A stretch of DNA of 64,000 bases from Spongospora subterranea f. sp. subterranea (Eukaryota), in the NCBI GenBank assembly GCA_049724395.1, contig JAUGWO010000007.1:248001-312000 (forward strand). Reading direction: 5' to 3'. How positions within the stretch are numbered: position 1 is the stretch's first letter; each line of letters opens with the position of its first letter. Position numbers and translations under genes: made by a program. Shown piece after piece: positions 38,900 to 51,600 of the stretch. Under the pieces are notes generated by a model. That model made no database searches. It had not been told where the DNA came from and worked only from the letters and a program-made list of their open reading frames with translations.

Positions 38900-39843
38900 T
38901 GATGGTAGTTTGATCATGATCTTGCATTGACTATTGCCGAAACAAAAAGGGGGCCGGGACGAGCCATAAACCTCGAAAAGCTTCTTCGCACAAACAAAAT
39001 TGTTCTGATGAAAAGAGTCTGACGGTAAGGCAAATACTGTCTGATATTCCGTGACGAGGGACGATGACGAGAATTCCTAGACGTCCGGCATCCCGCAGAC
39101 ATTCACAGCAGGTTCTAGGGTAGGCATCGATTTTCACGTAATGATAACGAACTGACTTGGTACTATAGGCAGCCGCCCGCAAAACCAAAAAAAAAACTCT
39201 GCTCAAACAGGTTAATGCGCTGTTGTCCGATGCGTTTTGTTGGAAATGGCAAACTCAGCATTGATTAGAATCCAGGAACTGCAAATCAACAAGTTGATCA
39301 CAGTACAAGAGCAACGTCGGACTGCCACGCCGATGGCAATCTTGGTCGGAGGCACAGGCGCCGATCGAAATCGGATTTTAGCGCATTTTTGAAGGGCGAC
39401 CTGTTAAAGGATAATGACCCTTTCAATGTACATTTTTGACAAATCTCATTGTTGAACCTTCAATAAATCTGCATGATGGAGAAACATGGGACATCCTTCT
39501 ACTTTCGAGAGTGGATATGCATTTGTGCTTAAAAATTCACGAAGGCGTATGTTGGAAGGTGGTTAGCATAAGAAACAGAACAACAGAACTAGAATGTCTT
39601 ATGTAACTTATTGAGTAAAGAGAGCCAATGGAGACTGTTGTGACTTCAGATAATTGTTAAATCCAAGGTATATATTATCAACGACATCTGTTAAACAGCA
39701 AACATGACCGTGAACAGATCATAACGTTTTGACAATGGCTCGACATTGATAGTGTATCCGGGAACGGGACACGCTCAAGCTTGAGAACCAGTAAGTGCGA
39801 CCTGACGAATGATAACCCGCGATAACTTCTATTTCCAAAACGA

Positions 39844-42438
39844 CTAATCTGATGACAAGTTACAGTGCATTCGAGATTCTTCAAATTGAGTTTTCATGCG
39901 TTCATATCGTTGCAATTCAGAGGGCGATATAGACGGAGATAGATGACGCAATGCAGTATGAAAATGTTGCTTCGTGACCATAATCCCCGGGCTGTCGTTG
40001 TACTGTTTGAAGAACTTGGAGAGTGTAACTGAGTCTCCACAGTTTGTACGATTAAATTCCTCAAAACTTTTGTTGATAGACTCAATGCGCGCTTTGATCG
40101 CCAACAGCATTGCATCAGCAGCCAGAGCGTAGAAATCCGCTCCTGTGAACGTGGAAGGGCAACTACTTGTGATATCAAGGAAATCAACATCCTCCGCTAA
40201 ATCAAACTTCCTTGTGAGAGCTGTAAGGATTTTGAGCTGGTCTGACTGATCTGAACTGACACCAAGATAGATGCAAACATCAAGCCGGCCTGGCCTCAAT
40301 AATGCAGAGTCGATAAGGTCGGGACGGTTAGTCGCGCCGATAACAAAAACATCGGCCACCCGGTTCATGCCATCCAGTTCTGCCAGCAGTTGCGAAACGA
40401 CCCTGTCCATAACACCGCCAGAATCTGAACCTTGTCCACGGCTCGGCGCAAGAGAATCGAGCTCATCAAAGAACAGAACGCATGGACGACATGCACGGGC
40501 ACGATCAAACACTGATCGAATGTTGGCCTCGCTTTCCCCAACGTACATATTGAGAAGTTCAGGGCCTTTGACGCTAATAAAGTTGAGGCCACATTCTGTT
40601 GCGATGGCTTTGGCGACCAGTGTCTTACCGGTCCCTGGTGGGCCAAACAAAAGAAGACCGGCTCTTTGCCGAAATCCACCCGAAATTAGCGAGGAATGCT
40701 GAAGAGGTAATTCGATTATGTCATAAATAGTTTTTTTGACGTCGGAGAGGCCACCAATATCATCCCATTTCACATTAGGTATTGATGACGTTGTGCCTGA
40801 TGCCCCTTTGATTAGCGAATTTCTTGCATTCAAAATCTTTGACGCACTGATCACGTCCTCAACCGTCAAATTGGCAGGCGTTTCAGAGTCAACAACTTGT
40901 AGTGCAGCATCTTCTTCAGCACCATACAAATCTCCCAAGTCGTCAAGACACAGTGTTTTGGTTTGAGGGATTGATTTGGGGTGCCGATCGTAAACTGCAG
41001 CATCGACCTGACCGCAGAAATCGAGAACATCCCCAAATGTTGCACCTGCTGTCATCGATACTGATGTTTTCAATATATCTGCACACGACATCGTGGAGTT
41101 TGCCGAAATGCACACCTCACGGCTTGCTGCGTCTAAAGGCTCCATGGATATCGCATGAGGAAAGCAAGACTGTAATGACGCTACAAAACCACCATCACCA
41201 TCGTCGCAGCTCCCGATGATGATGACGTACGGTGATTCGCAGGCGCTATGCAGGTTATGGAGTTCTTGGCGGAATCCAGCAATCAGCAAAGATGCGTCTG
41301 GACGGCCTTGAAAAGCGGAATGCTCTTGCAAGGCTGAAAGCCGCCGAATATGAACTATCAAAGGGTACGACGACGCTACTGATAATAAGACCTGTCGAAT
41401 TTTTAGCATCGTTTCGCGGTCAGTGGGTTGAAAGTAAATCAAAAAGGTTGACCTCAAGGAGGTGCATGCCCAATGAACGTGCTGCATGAGCAACTACAAT
41501 TCTCTTCCCAGACCGTCGTGGTCCAGAAATCAGAATATCTGGAAAAATTCGAAGACGATGGGATAATGGATGCAGAAAGGGAGATATCATACTTTGAACG
41601 ACACGATATTGAGCGTGGGACATAAACGATGACTGGTCGACTTGATCCAACGTGGCGATGTAGCGAGTCGACTCATAAGGGACAAACGCATTGATACATG
41701 TGGGACCAATCGAAAACTGTGTGTGCTCCTTGTCGATGGTGAAAAACGGTGTGTCCTCGCAGCAAACTTGATAAAACACGCAATCCACAGACCCGGGGTA
41801 ATGAATCTGATTCAGATCTGAGACGGCAGGGGCCGACACATTTGTTGAACATTTTTTGGAATCAACGAGCACTGTGGCGCTGGGATCCAGCGGTATCGGA
41901 ATAATCATACCATTCGTGAGAACATGAGGAACGTTGAAAACAAACTGGATTGTAGATGAGTCGACCTGAGGACAATTAGAGCGAACTTGGTGCAATGTAG
42001 CGCGTTCAGCAATGGGCACAGGGCATGATGGAGATGACGGCCATGTAAACGATGATGTATCAGTTAATCTGTCAATTGTCACGGGTAGCCGGCGTTGGCT
42101 GCGGGTTTCCAGCAGATGCGAACGTTCAAGATAGTGCATCAGAATGGGGCTTATCAAAACGCAATCGTCATCACAGGAACCGCATAACCCCGGATCGAAT
42201 ATGGCCTGACCGACCGCCGCTCTGGACTGATGTCGGATCAGTACCCAGTCTCCAGAGACCACATTGAGAGCCTGTTGTCGAGAAGATTATGGATTATATT
42301 GCACAGCACGTCATTGACACACACGAACCGAACCTTTTCTAACTGCGATCGCTGGCACACGATCTGGACCAACAGACCCGGCGAGCCGGCTTCGTGTAAT
42401 GTGCTGGGTGTTGATAGCGTCTGAGCGTGGAACTGCAT
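39844..42438 (-). CDS. PEX6: Peroxisomal AAA ATPase Pex6 (apparent +1 frame break near 41420-41435)
   Basis: Degenerate D1 (ISGPRRSGKR); D2 IPNVKWDDIGGL, GPPGTGKTLVAKAIATEC, SVKGPELLNMYVGESEAN, RGQGSDSGGVMDRVVSQLLAELDG, TGADFYALAADA. Confidence 0.95.
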
Positions 42439-42805
42439 GCTGCCCTTTCGCCGCTCAGCGTCAGGGTCGTTTCAACAATCGGATCGTGACAATTGACGGT
42501 CCGACAGTTTCTGCACAATAACGCGTTCCTTGACCGAGATGATCATGGCTTAACTCAAGTCTGTCGTGTGACCCCCGTCCCCTCCCGGCTGTAATTTATC
42601 GCCATCCGTGGAGTTGTGGAGAATCCAGCTGGTTTTCTCGACGCGGGATTTGATTCGCCGCGCGGTGGCACCTCAATAATTCATTTGTTGCCAAGTTGCC
42701 CCTTTCTCGCTTGACTATCTCATCAAGTTATTCTTGCCAAGTTACGCTTATGGCGGTGTGGTTGTCTCTAGAAAACACTTTTTCTTCATTCGATGTTCTA
42801 AACGA

Positions 42806-43460
42806 TTACGATGTTATAAAAGGATTACCAGTTCCTTCGGCGAGGATCATCATGCGCTGCAGATCAATGGTGAGGCCTTGGCCGATACTGTGGATCAGCG
42901 TCGACTGTGTCCAGTCAACGTCTCGCGCCAACAACCTAAAATCGCTCGAATATGTTCCAAGTTGGTCGTTGGCCATAACCAGAAGACGTAGAGCATCGGG
43001 CGCCTTATTCACGCGATCTGGGTCGTCAAATGCGGCGGTGATCGCCGGTGACAAATGTGTGAATTTCGGTGAGGTGGAAGAGTTCGTCCCGTACATCGGA
43101 GTGAGCCTGTTAAGTTGCTGTCGTCAGTTGGTTTTACGGAGGTGAATTGGTCATTCCCGACTACCTATATTTACGACCCGTCATGACGAATGGCGATCCT
43201 ATTACGACTGGCCAGACCACCTCAGAGGAACTTGCTGAGGTTATACGACAACTGGCAGAGTATAGCGAGCAAGTCTACCAATCTCAACGGTCAACAACGA
43301 AACGGTTTAATCACCTATCCGACCAACTCCCAGCATTTCTGGCGACAGCAAACTTCACCCCCCATCCCCGCTAATCGCCAATCCGTTTCCGAAGACACTC
43401 AGCCCCAACTTCTACTCCATCGCCGCGTGAACAAGTCGCCCGAAACCTGATTATTTCTGT
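42806..43460. mobile_element. Rearranged Ty3/Gypsy gag relic
   Basis: Minus strand 42806-43096: AAFDDPDRVNKAPDALRLL...YSSDFRLLARDVDWTQSTLIHSIGQGL (retrotransposon gag capsid pattern). Plus strand 43183-43460: helical N-terminus followed by KPDYF. Confidence 0.7.
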
Positions 43461-43914
43461 TAAAGCGTTGAATTCCTTTTTCAAGAACATCGGAAAGTGT
43501 CATCTAAGAAAGAGACGACGCAATACTGGATTCTTCGCTCGTGGATATAAATTACAACCGATCAGACCCTGGCAAGGGTATGCACCTGGGCAGGTCGCAG
43601 GTCTCCTTACCTCTGTCATCTGGGGATCTGTTCACTGTTGCTCCTTCTACACCATCATCGAGTGTTGCGCCACCTCGATCGCGCATCGTAGTTGCGTTGG
43701 CAGTTTCGATGTAATCCATCTGCGACGATCGCGGTCCAGGAAGTCAAACCCAACATTCGCGAAGCGAAAACAGGGGCGACACGAAGCCGACATCTGTGAC
43801 CGCGACGAATCTGAACGAGGAAACTGATACGGAATCGTGTATGGAAATCACTGGTGGCGCCTTCTGGCCTGTAGAGCATTGAGGTTAAAGGCGACTTCCG
43901 TGATTTTATTGGCA

Positions 43915-44553
43915 TCACGTCAACGCATTGAACAACCCATCATCATCAGAGACTTCCGCCGGTGAAAAGTTGACCTCATCTTCGATCTCGGTCTCTTGAC
44001 CGTCGTCGTCGTCCCAAATACTGGTTCCCGTCGGCTGAAATGTCTTTTGCACGTCGTACTGGAAATCGGCGTCGCCCGGCTGTTTTCGGTTCTGTTCGTA
44101 CGATTCGTTCATGGACCGTTTCGCTGCGATTAGAATTTCTGGGGCGACTTTGTTCAGATCTTCGTCGAGCGTTAATCCATCAGGGTCTGATTTCGTTGCG
44201 GATTTCTCAATCAGCTGCTCAATGATGGAATTGATTTGGCCAATCTCAACTCGGTCGAAATATTTGCGATATCGTTTTTGCAGCAGATTGGCAATACCGT
44301 CTCTCGTAAATATATCGGCCAACTCGGACGACGATATTTGTCGAATTTTACGCTTATGCGTGTTCATATCCATATACAGGAGAGCGATCGAAGGCGGTGA
44401 GAATCTGGCCGCAATCTGGAGGGGAGCGATTCGCGGGCGCGGGTCAGGTGCTGGGGCGGGCATTGGTTTAGGGGGCAATTTGCCCCGGTGCAGAGGGGGC
44501 AAAACCCCAACATGCCGACTGGCAATCGTCGGGAGCGTACCTAGTCCCGCCAT
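43915..44553 (-). CDS. CEP19: Centrosomal/ciliary protein CEP19
   Basis: AARFSPPSIALLY...KIRQI; EDLNKV...AKRSMNESYEQNRKQPGDADFQYDVQKTF...WDDD. Confidence 0.88.
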   Translation of the reverse strand: MAGLGTLPTIASRHVGVLPPLHRGKLPPKPMPAPAPDPRPRIAPLQIAARFSPPSIALLYMDMNTHKRKIRQISSSELADIFTRDGIANLLQKRYRKYFDRVEIGQINSIIEQLIEKSATKSDPDGLTLDEDLNKVAPEILIAAKRSMNESYEQNRKQPGDADFQYDVQKTFQPTGTSIWDDDDGQETEIEDEVNFSPAEVSDDDGLFNALT

Positions 44554-44907
44554 CGATTGATTGTTGTTGACGCCAAGACCAGTTTGTCCACAGTGTTTCT
44601 CGTCATAACTGTAAGCGATAACACCTGTTCATAACGGCGACCACCAGTCTCGACTTGTCCATTCGGCAGAATAATGATTCGCCATTTTCACATGGGCCGA
44701 ATCTGTCTGCGTTTTTCTGGGAGCCCCGATTTGTTTTTTGTGGGGCGACGATGGCGCAAGTCCGGACGGACTATCGCCAGGTCCGTATCGGTTGTCCGTG
44801 TGGGCCAATTTCAGTGGAGGATCTGACTGACGTCCGGGGGACAACGGGGCTCGGATATCTCAGCCTGTGTCGTCGCCGTTCGACAAGCGCGATCGGACTG
44901 AATCATC

Positions 44908-46491
44908 ATGGCCGCTGTCAACGCGTTCGGCGAGCATATCGGAAATATTCTCTGCTGTACCTGTGGAATATCGATCGCGCCCAATGGCGCCAACATGTGC
45001 TCGGACTGCTTGAAGCAGAATGTCGACCTGAGCTCTGGGCTTGGCAAACAGGCGACGGTGATCTTCTGCAAAGAATGCAACCGGTACCAGAAGGCGACAA
45101 CTTGGGCCCCGATGGAATTGGAATCGGCTGAATTGCTGTCGCTGTGCCTTAAACGAATCAAAGGACTTGAAAAGCTGAAGCTCGTTGACGCTGGATTTAT
45201 TTGGACCGAGCCGCATTCTCGTCGTCTGAAAGTGAAAATCACAGTTCAGAAAGAGGTGTCTGAACTGAATGGGGTTATCGTCCAGCAAGCGTTCACTATC
45301 GAGTTGGTCGTCACCACACAGCAATGTGAAGATTGCCAGCGATCGTATACGGAGCACATCTGGAATTCGTGCGTTCAGGTCAGGCAGAAGACGGATCACA
45401 AGCGCACGTTCATGCTGCTCGAACAGTTAATACTCAAACACGGCATGAACCAGATCATATTGTATGTGCAAAACGCCCCAGGTGGTCTCGATATCTTCTT
45501 CTCGAACAAAGCGCGAGCGCTGACGATGCTCGAATTCGTCACGTCGACTGTTCCGTCCCGCTCGAAACAGTCCAAACGACTGGTGTCGCAAGATTTCAAG
45601 AACAACGTCGCCAACTATAAGCACACCATCTTGGTCGACATTGTCCCTGTTTGCACGCTTGACCTCGTGTGTCTACCCAAGAAGGTGGCGCAAGCATCAG
45701 GTGGGATATCGCCGCTACTTCTGTGCACCAAGGTGTCGACCGCCCTCTACTTCATCGATCCAGAGACCATGAAAACATTGGACCTGTCGGCAAGCAAATT
45801 CTTTGCGACGCCGTTTCGCTCCATCTGCACATCGCGCCACCTTGTCGAATACACAATCCTGGACGTGGTCAAGACGGGTGTAGTCCATGGCAAGTTCGCC
45901 CAAGCTGAGATCACGTGCGCTCGATCCTCGGACCTGGGCGTCAACGACATTGTGTTCGAGACGATCTCGCATTTGGGGAACATCCTGAAGCCGGGCGACA
46001 TCGCGGCCGGATATGACCTGACCAGCGCGGTGTTCAACGATCTCGATCTGAAGCCTATCGACAACGCGCGATTGCCGGACGTGATGCTGGTCAAGAAGAC
46101 GTTCCAACGGAAGAACAGAGCGGGCCGAAGGAAGTTCAAGCTGAAGACGCTGAGCAAGGTCGAAAACCCTGATAACATGGACGTCAACCCGTCATCAGAT
46201 CGGGATGAGGAGATATTCCTTCGGGAACTGGAGGAAGACATGGAATTGCGATGTCGAATCAACCTGTACAAAAACGAGGATGTGCTGAGCAAGGACGCGG
46301 TACAAGCAGCGGACAGGGTGATTGACGATGACGATGACAACGATGACCCCGAATTTCCCGATGTCAGTCTCGATGAACTGATCAGTGATATGGATCAGAT
46401 GGCGCCGATATCGGCGGCGCTTCCCGATGATGGCCAGGCTGACGATGAATTGGTGAACGATATCGGCAAAAAGCGTCGGAATAATAATTAA
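44908..46491 (+). CDS. NMD3: 60S ribosomal export adaptor Nmd3 (intronless)
   Basis: CCTCG..I.PN.ANMC..C; ELESAELL..CL; IWTEPHSRRLKV; VQVRQK..HKRTF..LEQLILKH; FLRELEED.ELR..INLY. Confidence 0.98.
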   Translation: MAAVNAFGEHIGNILCCTCGISIAPNGANMCSDCLKQNVDLSSGLGKQATVIFCKECNRYQKATTWAPMELESAELLSLCLKRIKGLEKLKLVDAGFIWTEPHSRRLKVKITVQKEVSELNGVIVQQAFTIELVVTTQQCEDCQRSYTEHIWNSCVQVRQKTDHKRTFMLLEQLILKHGMNQIILYVQNAPGGLDIFFSNKARALTMLEFVTSTVPSRSKQSKRLVSQDFKNNVANYKHTILVDIVPVCTLDLVCLPKKVAQASGGISPLLLCTKVSTALYFIDPETMKTLDLSASKFFATPFRSICTSRHLVEYTILDVVKTGVVHGKFAQAEITCARSSDLGVNDIVFETISHLGNILKPGDIAAGYDLTSAVFNDLDLKPIDNARLPDVMLVKKTFQRKNRAGRRKFKLKTLSKVENPDNMDVNPSSDRDEEIFLRELEEDMELRCRINLYKNEDVLSKDAVQAADRVIDDDDDNDDPEFPDVSLDELISDMDQMAPISAALPDDGQADDELVNDIGKKRRNNN

Positions 46492-47299
46492 ACCAACTAA
46501 ACCTATGATGAACATGTCGTGTTTTATCTCAATGGATTGATGTGCAATCGATTCCTTGTCAGGATTGTTTATCTGTTCATACTGAGGGATGATCTCAATC
46601 ACTCGTTAGCCCTGTGAACCTCGTAGAAGTCATTGTGGACATTCAGTCCATGGATTCAAGCGCTGGGCAACAACTCTGATGTAGTCCGGCTCCATTCGGA
46701 TCAGCACGTTATTCATGAGTTATCTGACTGATACCTGGAATAAGGCTCAAGCATTGGCACTTTGATATTCGAAATTATGGGCAAGTACCTGCAAACACAT
46801 GAACCTGTTGATGATCAAACCCATCCCACTAAATCGCCCACAGATATTGACCATCTCCAAAGCGGCACCTGGTCAGGTAACCATGGCTAGCGCCACCTTT
46901 GCACGGCTTGCAGGTTTGATATGGACCTAACATGCTCAATACTCGTGATCAACGCCAACACGTTCGATAACTGGATCCGCCATAAGGTTTGTTACGAGAA
47001 ATGGTTCCATTACGGTGAGGCGTTCACTGTTTCTGACGTTTTATCATCTGTACCGGTGATCTGTACCGCCATCATATCGAGACAATCACGATTCTGTTCA
47101 TCATAATCTGTGTTGGCTCCATATACCCGCCCCAACATTTCAGACAATGCATATTATTCGGCGGCCTCGTCTGGTAGACGCCATTTGATAACGGAAGACG
47201 ACAGCCACTTCTTGACAGCATTCTATCTCCGAAAGAACACGAAAACCGCTGGGTCAGGAAGATACACAAAGGCAAAGAAAGGCGTTTATTCTGAATCAT

Positions 47300-48126
47300 G
47301 TTGTGGAGCGATGGGAAGACCGGGCGACCGCCAATCCACTGTTGATGATCTTGTGGCCCAGCACTTCGGAATAAATCAGGGAACTACGAACCGAATGGGA
47401 GCTGAAGATGGGAACTGCATTCTGGTGGTATTTACTGCAGCATTATCGCACACCCAATCCATCTTTGAGTAATGCGGCCCGAAATAATCCACTGTTCTAT
47501 CGGAAATAGCTAAAGCCGGCGTCGTAACCAGTCGAATAGTTGCCAAAGTAATGTGCCAACTCCATCTGCCTAAACGGTGCCTTACGGGTTCAGCCAGTAT
47601 TCTTCCTTAATCGCTGTTCGTCAAACCCATAAGTTACTGATCTCCATCGTTCGCCCCAATAGGGAATATAGTCATCCTCCATTTCTTGTCCCGCCATCAA
47701 CTCCTCCGTCATGTTCGATATAACCACAGCCATCATGACAGTCGTCTCCTTTTTCTGTCGATCATCACTCATGAACCACAAGACGACCTGGAACGATATG
47801 AAGGGCAGATTCGCTTGATCGGTTAGCTTAATTTGAATCACATCCGGTGTGTAGGTGTTGAAAATTTCATAAACAGAGCGCTCCAGCGATGTGTCAGAAA
47901 ATCCAACGTCTTCAGATTGAGGAAAACTATAATGGAGAACGTGTTTCGCCCCCGTCGGATTGGGTTTGGCGGAGCACCTTCCGCTCATGGCAAGACGTGG
48001 GCCCATTTTTTCAAACAGCGCCTTAATACTGAAACCTGTCTCGATGAAAGAAGAAGATTTGATCATGGAGGGAGGATCATGTATAGCATAACGTTCTTGT
48101 CTTGTCACGTCGCCCGCAAAGGTCAA
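47300..48126 (-). pseudogene. Unidentified decayed ORF
   Basis: 178-aa ORF whose frame continues with protein-like sequence through isolated stops (…KNTG*TRKAPFRQMELAHYFGNYSTGYDAGFSYFR*NSGLFRAALLKDG…). Confidence 0.3.
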
Positions 48127-48460
48127 GGTACTACGGTATCAAACGAGAATCGATGTCACTTTCCAGAGCCAACGGCTGTATGGGCGACACTTGTCGAATT
48201 TTAGACATAATTTTCGCCAATCCGCATATCTCGATGTACCATTTCTTCATATCTTTATGGCCCAGGGACGCGGCGTCGCCGGGACCGAACATCACGCGCC
48301 TTTCCGCCAGTGTAGCCACCGCACCGGGGCGGCATGGCAGTGAGTTGCGATCGGCCCTTGGCACTTGGCGTGTGGTTATGTTACGGGCTGGCAGTTGCCG
48401 CTCCACCAGACAGACGGTGTGTCGGCGTTGGTACAGCCCGATATGTGTAGTGGGAGAGTA

Positions 48461-48508
48461 ACACTGTATAGTGTACAGTACCTATAGTGTATAGTGTATA
48501 GTGTACAG
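48461..48508. promoter_or_regulatory. (TATAGTG)n/GTACAGT array upstream of metE, candidate promoter element
   Basis: acactgtatagtgtacagtacctatagtgtatagtgtatagtgtacag; related motifs lie upstream of other genes in the window. Confidence 0.35.
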
Positions 48509-48665
48509 ACTGCCTTTAGTGGCAGCGCACTTTACCCGTTTTGAGTTACACTCGACTTGCGCCGTTTCGGTCCTCAGACTCTCATCCCATATTCATTCGT
48601 TATTATTATAACACAATCACTAGTTCTCAGACAATCAATCCAAGTTTGATCCCGTTAATTTCGAC

Positions 48666-51600
48666 ATGGCATCGGTAGTTGAGACCACAGTGCTTGGTTT
48701 CCCGCGAATCGGGGCGAATCGCGAGCTTAAGAAACTTGTTGAGGGATTCTGGAAAGGGTATGGGACTTGTGGTTTTTCCAACTTTTGAGCAATAAGAGAA
48801 TTCAAATGCTCGTTTGTAGAACTGTTTCGGAACCGGAATTGGTTTCCGGCGCCAAGTCATTGCGACGTGCTTCATGGACAATGCAGAAAGAGTTGGGTCT
48901 TAGCTGCGTTCCATGCAATGATTTTTCGCTGTATGATCAGGTATCACTCCCGTTCATCTCATCTGGAATAATTATTTGACTTTATATTGTGTTCAGGTTC
49001 TTGATGCAACGTGTCTTGTCGGTGCGGTTCCCAACCGATACAAAGAGCTTCAGAATCCCGGGGAGAACGTATCGCTTCAAACGTATTTCGCCATGGCTCG
49101 TGGAATTCAGTCGCGCACGGCCAGCGTCGAAGTCGATCAACCTGCCATGGAAATGAAGAAGTTTTTCGACACCAACTGTAAGCGACTTAATTCCTTATTT
49201 GATTGCTCTGGACTTAGATCTCGCCAGATCATTACCTTGTCCCCGAGCTTGACGAGACTACCACATTCAAAGTCAGCACTTCCAAGGTTTTCGATGAATT
49301 CAATGAAACCAAAGAGCTAGGAATTTCGTCGCGCCCAGTTTTGATGGGACCTGTATCGTTCTTGATGCTTGCCAAGCCCTCGGTATTACAACCAAAACAG
49401 AACATTGTGAATTGCGGCTAACTGATTTTTTCATATATACATAGTCAGTCGCCCAAAAAGGGTTCAAAACGCTGTCGCTAATCAACAAGTTGGTCCCCGT
49501 TTATGTCGAAATCGTTCAGAAACTCGCCGCTCAAGGTGCCACACGCATTCAGTTTGATGAACCAATGGCGTGCATGGATCCTACAGAGACCAACTCGAAG
49601 GCGGAGATCTGCACCGCATTCACAAAAGCGTATGACACTATTTGCTCAGCAATTTCGGAAAGAGTCAACGTGTAAGTTTGGCTGAGGCTCTCTCGGAAAC
49701 TGTACTTAGTTCATAACAGGATGGTGGCGACCTATTTCCAGAGCCCACATCCCGAGCTCATGTCCATGATCACTAATCTTCCCATTAACATGGTTCACTT
49801 TGATGTCACTCGCTCTAGCCCGGAAACTTTCAGTCAATTTGTGGATTTGATGAGCCAAGTATGTTCCAGAAACACCTTTTTTCGTGCATCAGATGCAATA
49901 TTCTTAACCGTGCTTAGCGTGACGGCCGCCCTGGAGTCAGCTTAGGTGTCGTCGATGGCAGAAATATCTGGAAAGTTGATGCTGCGGATGCGGTTGCCAA
50001 GATTTCGACATATGCGCACAAGCTCTCAAGTGTTAAGGTTCAAATCTCATCGTCGTGCTCGCTACTTCATTCGCCATGGAGTGTTGAGGGTTTGTCCTGT
50101 TCTGTGGGTTCCTTTTGGCGCCCTAATTGACACCGCTACTCTAGGTGAGGATCGCCTCGATAGCGAAGTCCACGACTGGCTTGCGTTCGCAAAAGAGAAA
50201 GTTGTCGAAGTTGTTCAGATCGGCAACTTGGTGAACGCTGCGTTCACGGGGAATGAGGTTGATTCTTCTACCGCTGAATGGTTTGCGAGCAACAAAGCAT
50301 CCTGCCAGAACCGAAAAAACTCAGCGAAGACTTATGACCCATCTGTCCGTTCCCGTGTTGAACGAATTTCGCCTGAAATGTTCAAGCGAAAGAGCGATGC
50401 CCAGACTCGTTATTCTGTTCAACAAGATTCATTGCATTTGCCCATGTTTCCTACTACAACCATTGGCTCCTTCCCTCAAACCAGCCAAGTTCGTAAGGCC
50501 CGAGCTGACTTCAAGAAAGGAGCGATGTCTCACGAAGAGGTGCATAATTATCACACCTTATAGATGTTATATGCTTATCTGGAAAAATGCAGTATGCCAA
50601 ATTCATTCAGCAAGAAACCCAGAATTGCATCAAAGTCCAGGAAGAAATCGTATGTACCTTGTTGCCAAAACCTCCTGTTTTTCTCTTATTTTGATCCGAT
50701 TTGAAGGGCCTTGATGTCCTTGTTCATGGCGAATTCGAGCGTAATGATATGGTTGAATTCTTCGGCGAGCACCTGAACGGGATGTTGTTCACTCGTAATG
50801 GTTGGGTTCAAAGTTACGGTTCTCGATGTGTCAAGCCGCCTGTTATTTTTGGTGATGTGAGCCGCACCAAGCCAATGACGACCGATATGGCCACTTTGGC
50901 GCAATCCATGTCCAGCAAGCCAGTCAAAGGAATGCTTACTGGCCCTGTCACCATCCTGCAGGTCAGTTAGATTCCATAGGACGACATCTCTCTGTCTCTT
51001 GCTAACCCCGTCTCCAGTGGTCGTTCGTCCGTAATGACCAGCCACGCTCCGAAACTTGTCAGCAAATCGCGTTGGCGATTCGTGACGAAGTCCACGACTT
51101 ACAACAAGCAAATATCCAAGTCATCCAGGTTAGAAGGCGTATTATTTGTTGTAAACTCCCTCGTGCTGATCGTATCTAATAGGTCGATGAACCAGCAATT
51201 CGCGAAGGTTTGCCCATGCGCAAATCAGAGCAAGCGGCGTACCTTAAGTGGTCTGTGGACTCATATCTATTGTCCACCTGTGTCGCTGAAGATCGTACGC
51301 AAATCCATAGCCACATGTGCTATTCTGATTTTGTAGTTGACCACATCTCCCCGGCATTGCTGCATTTCTTCTAACTGTCTGTGCGGAATAGGAACAAATC
51401 ATGGACGCCATTCACCGTATGGATTCCGATGTGCTGAGCATTGAGAGTTCTCGTAGCGACCTCAAGCTGTTATCTGCGTTCGAGTCGAGCCAGTACCCCA
51501 ATCACTTGGGACCTGGTCTATATGACATTCACTCCCCTCGGGTTCCGGCTGTGAAAGAAATGACTGAACGTGCCCAGAAGATCCTCAAGTATCTGGCAGC

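Noticed and set aside
38914..39500. Possible small minus-strand gene
   Set aside because: Could not build a supported exon chain or identify homology.
1..42438. Peroxisomal gene cluster (TMEM135-like, acyl-CoA oxidase, PEX6)
   Set aside because: Spread over 42 kb among unrelated genes; consistent with chance.
32861..46491. 60S-maturation cluster (DNAJC21, NMD3)
   Set aside because: Separated by unrelated genes, with no evidence of co-regulation.
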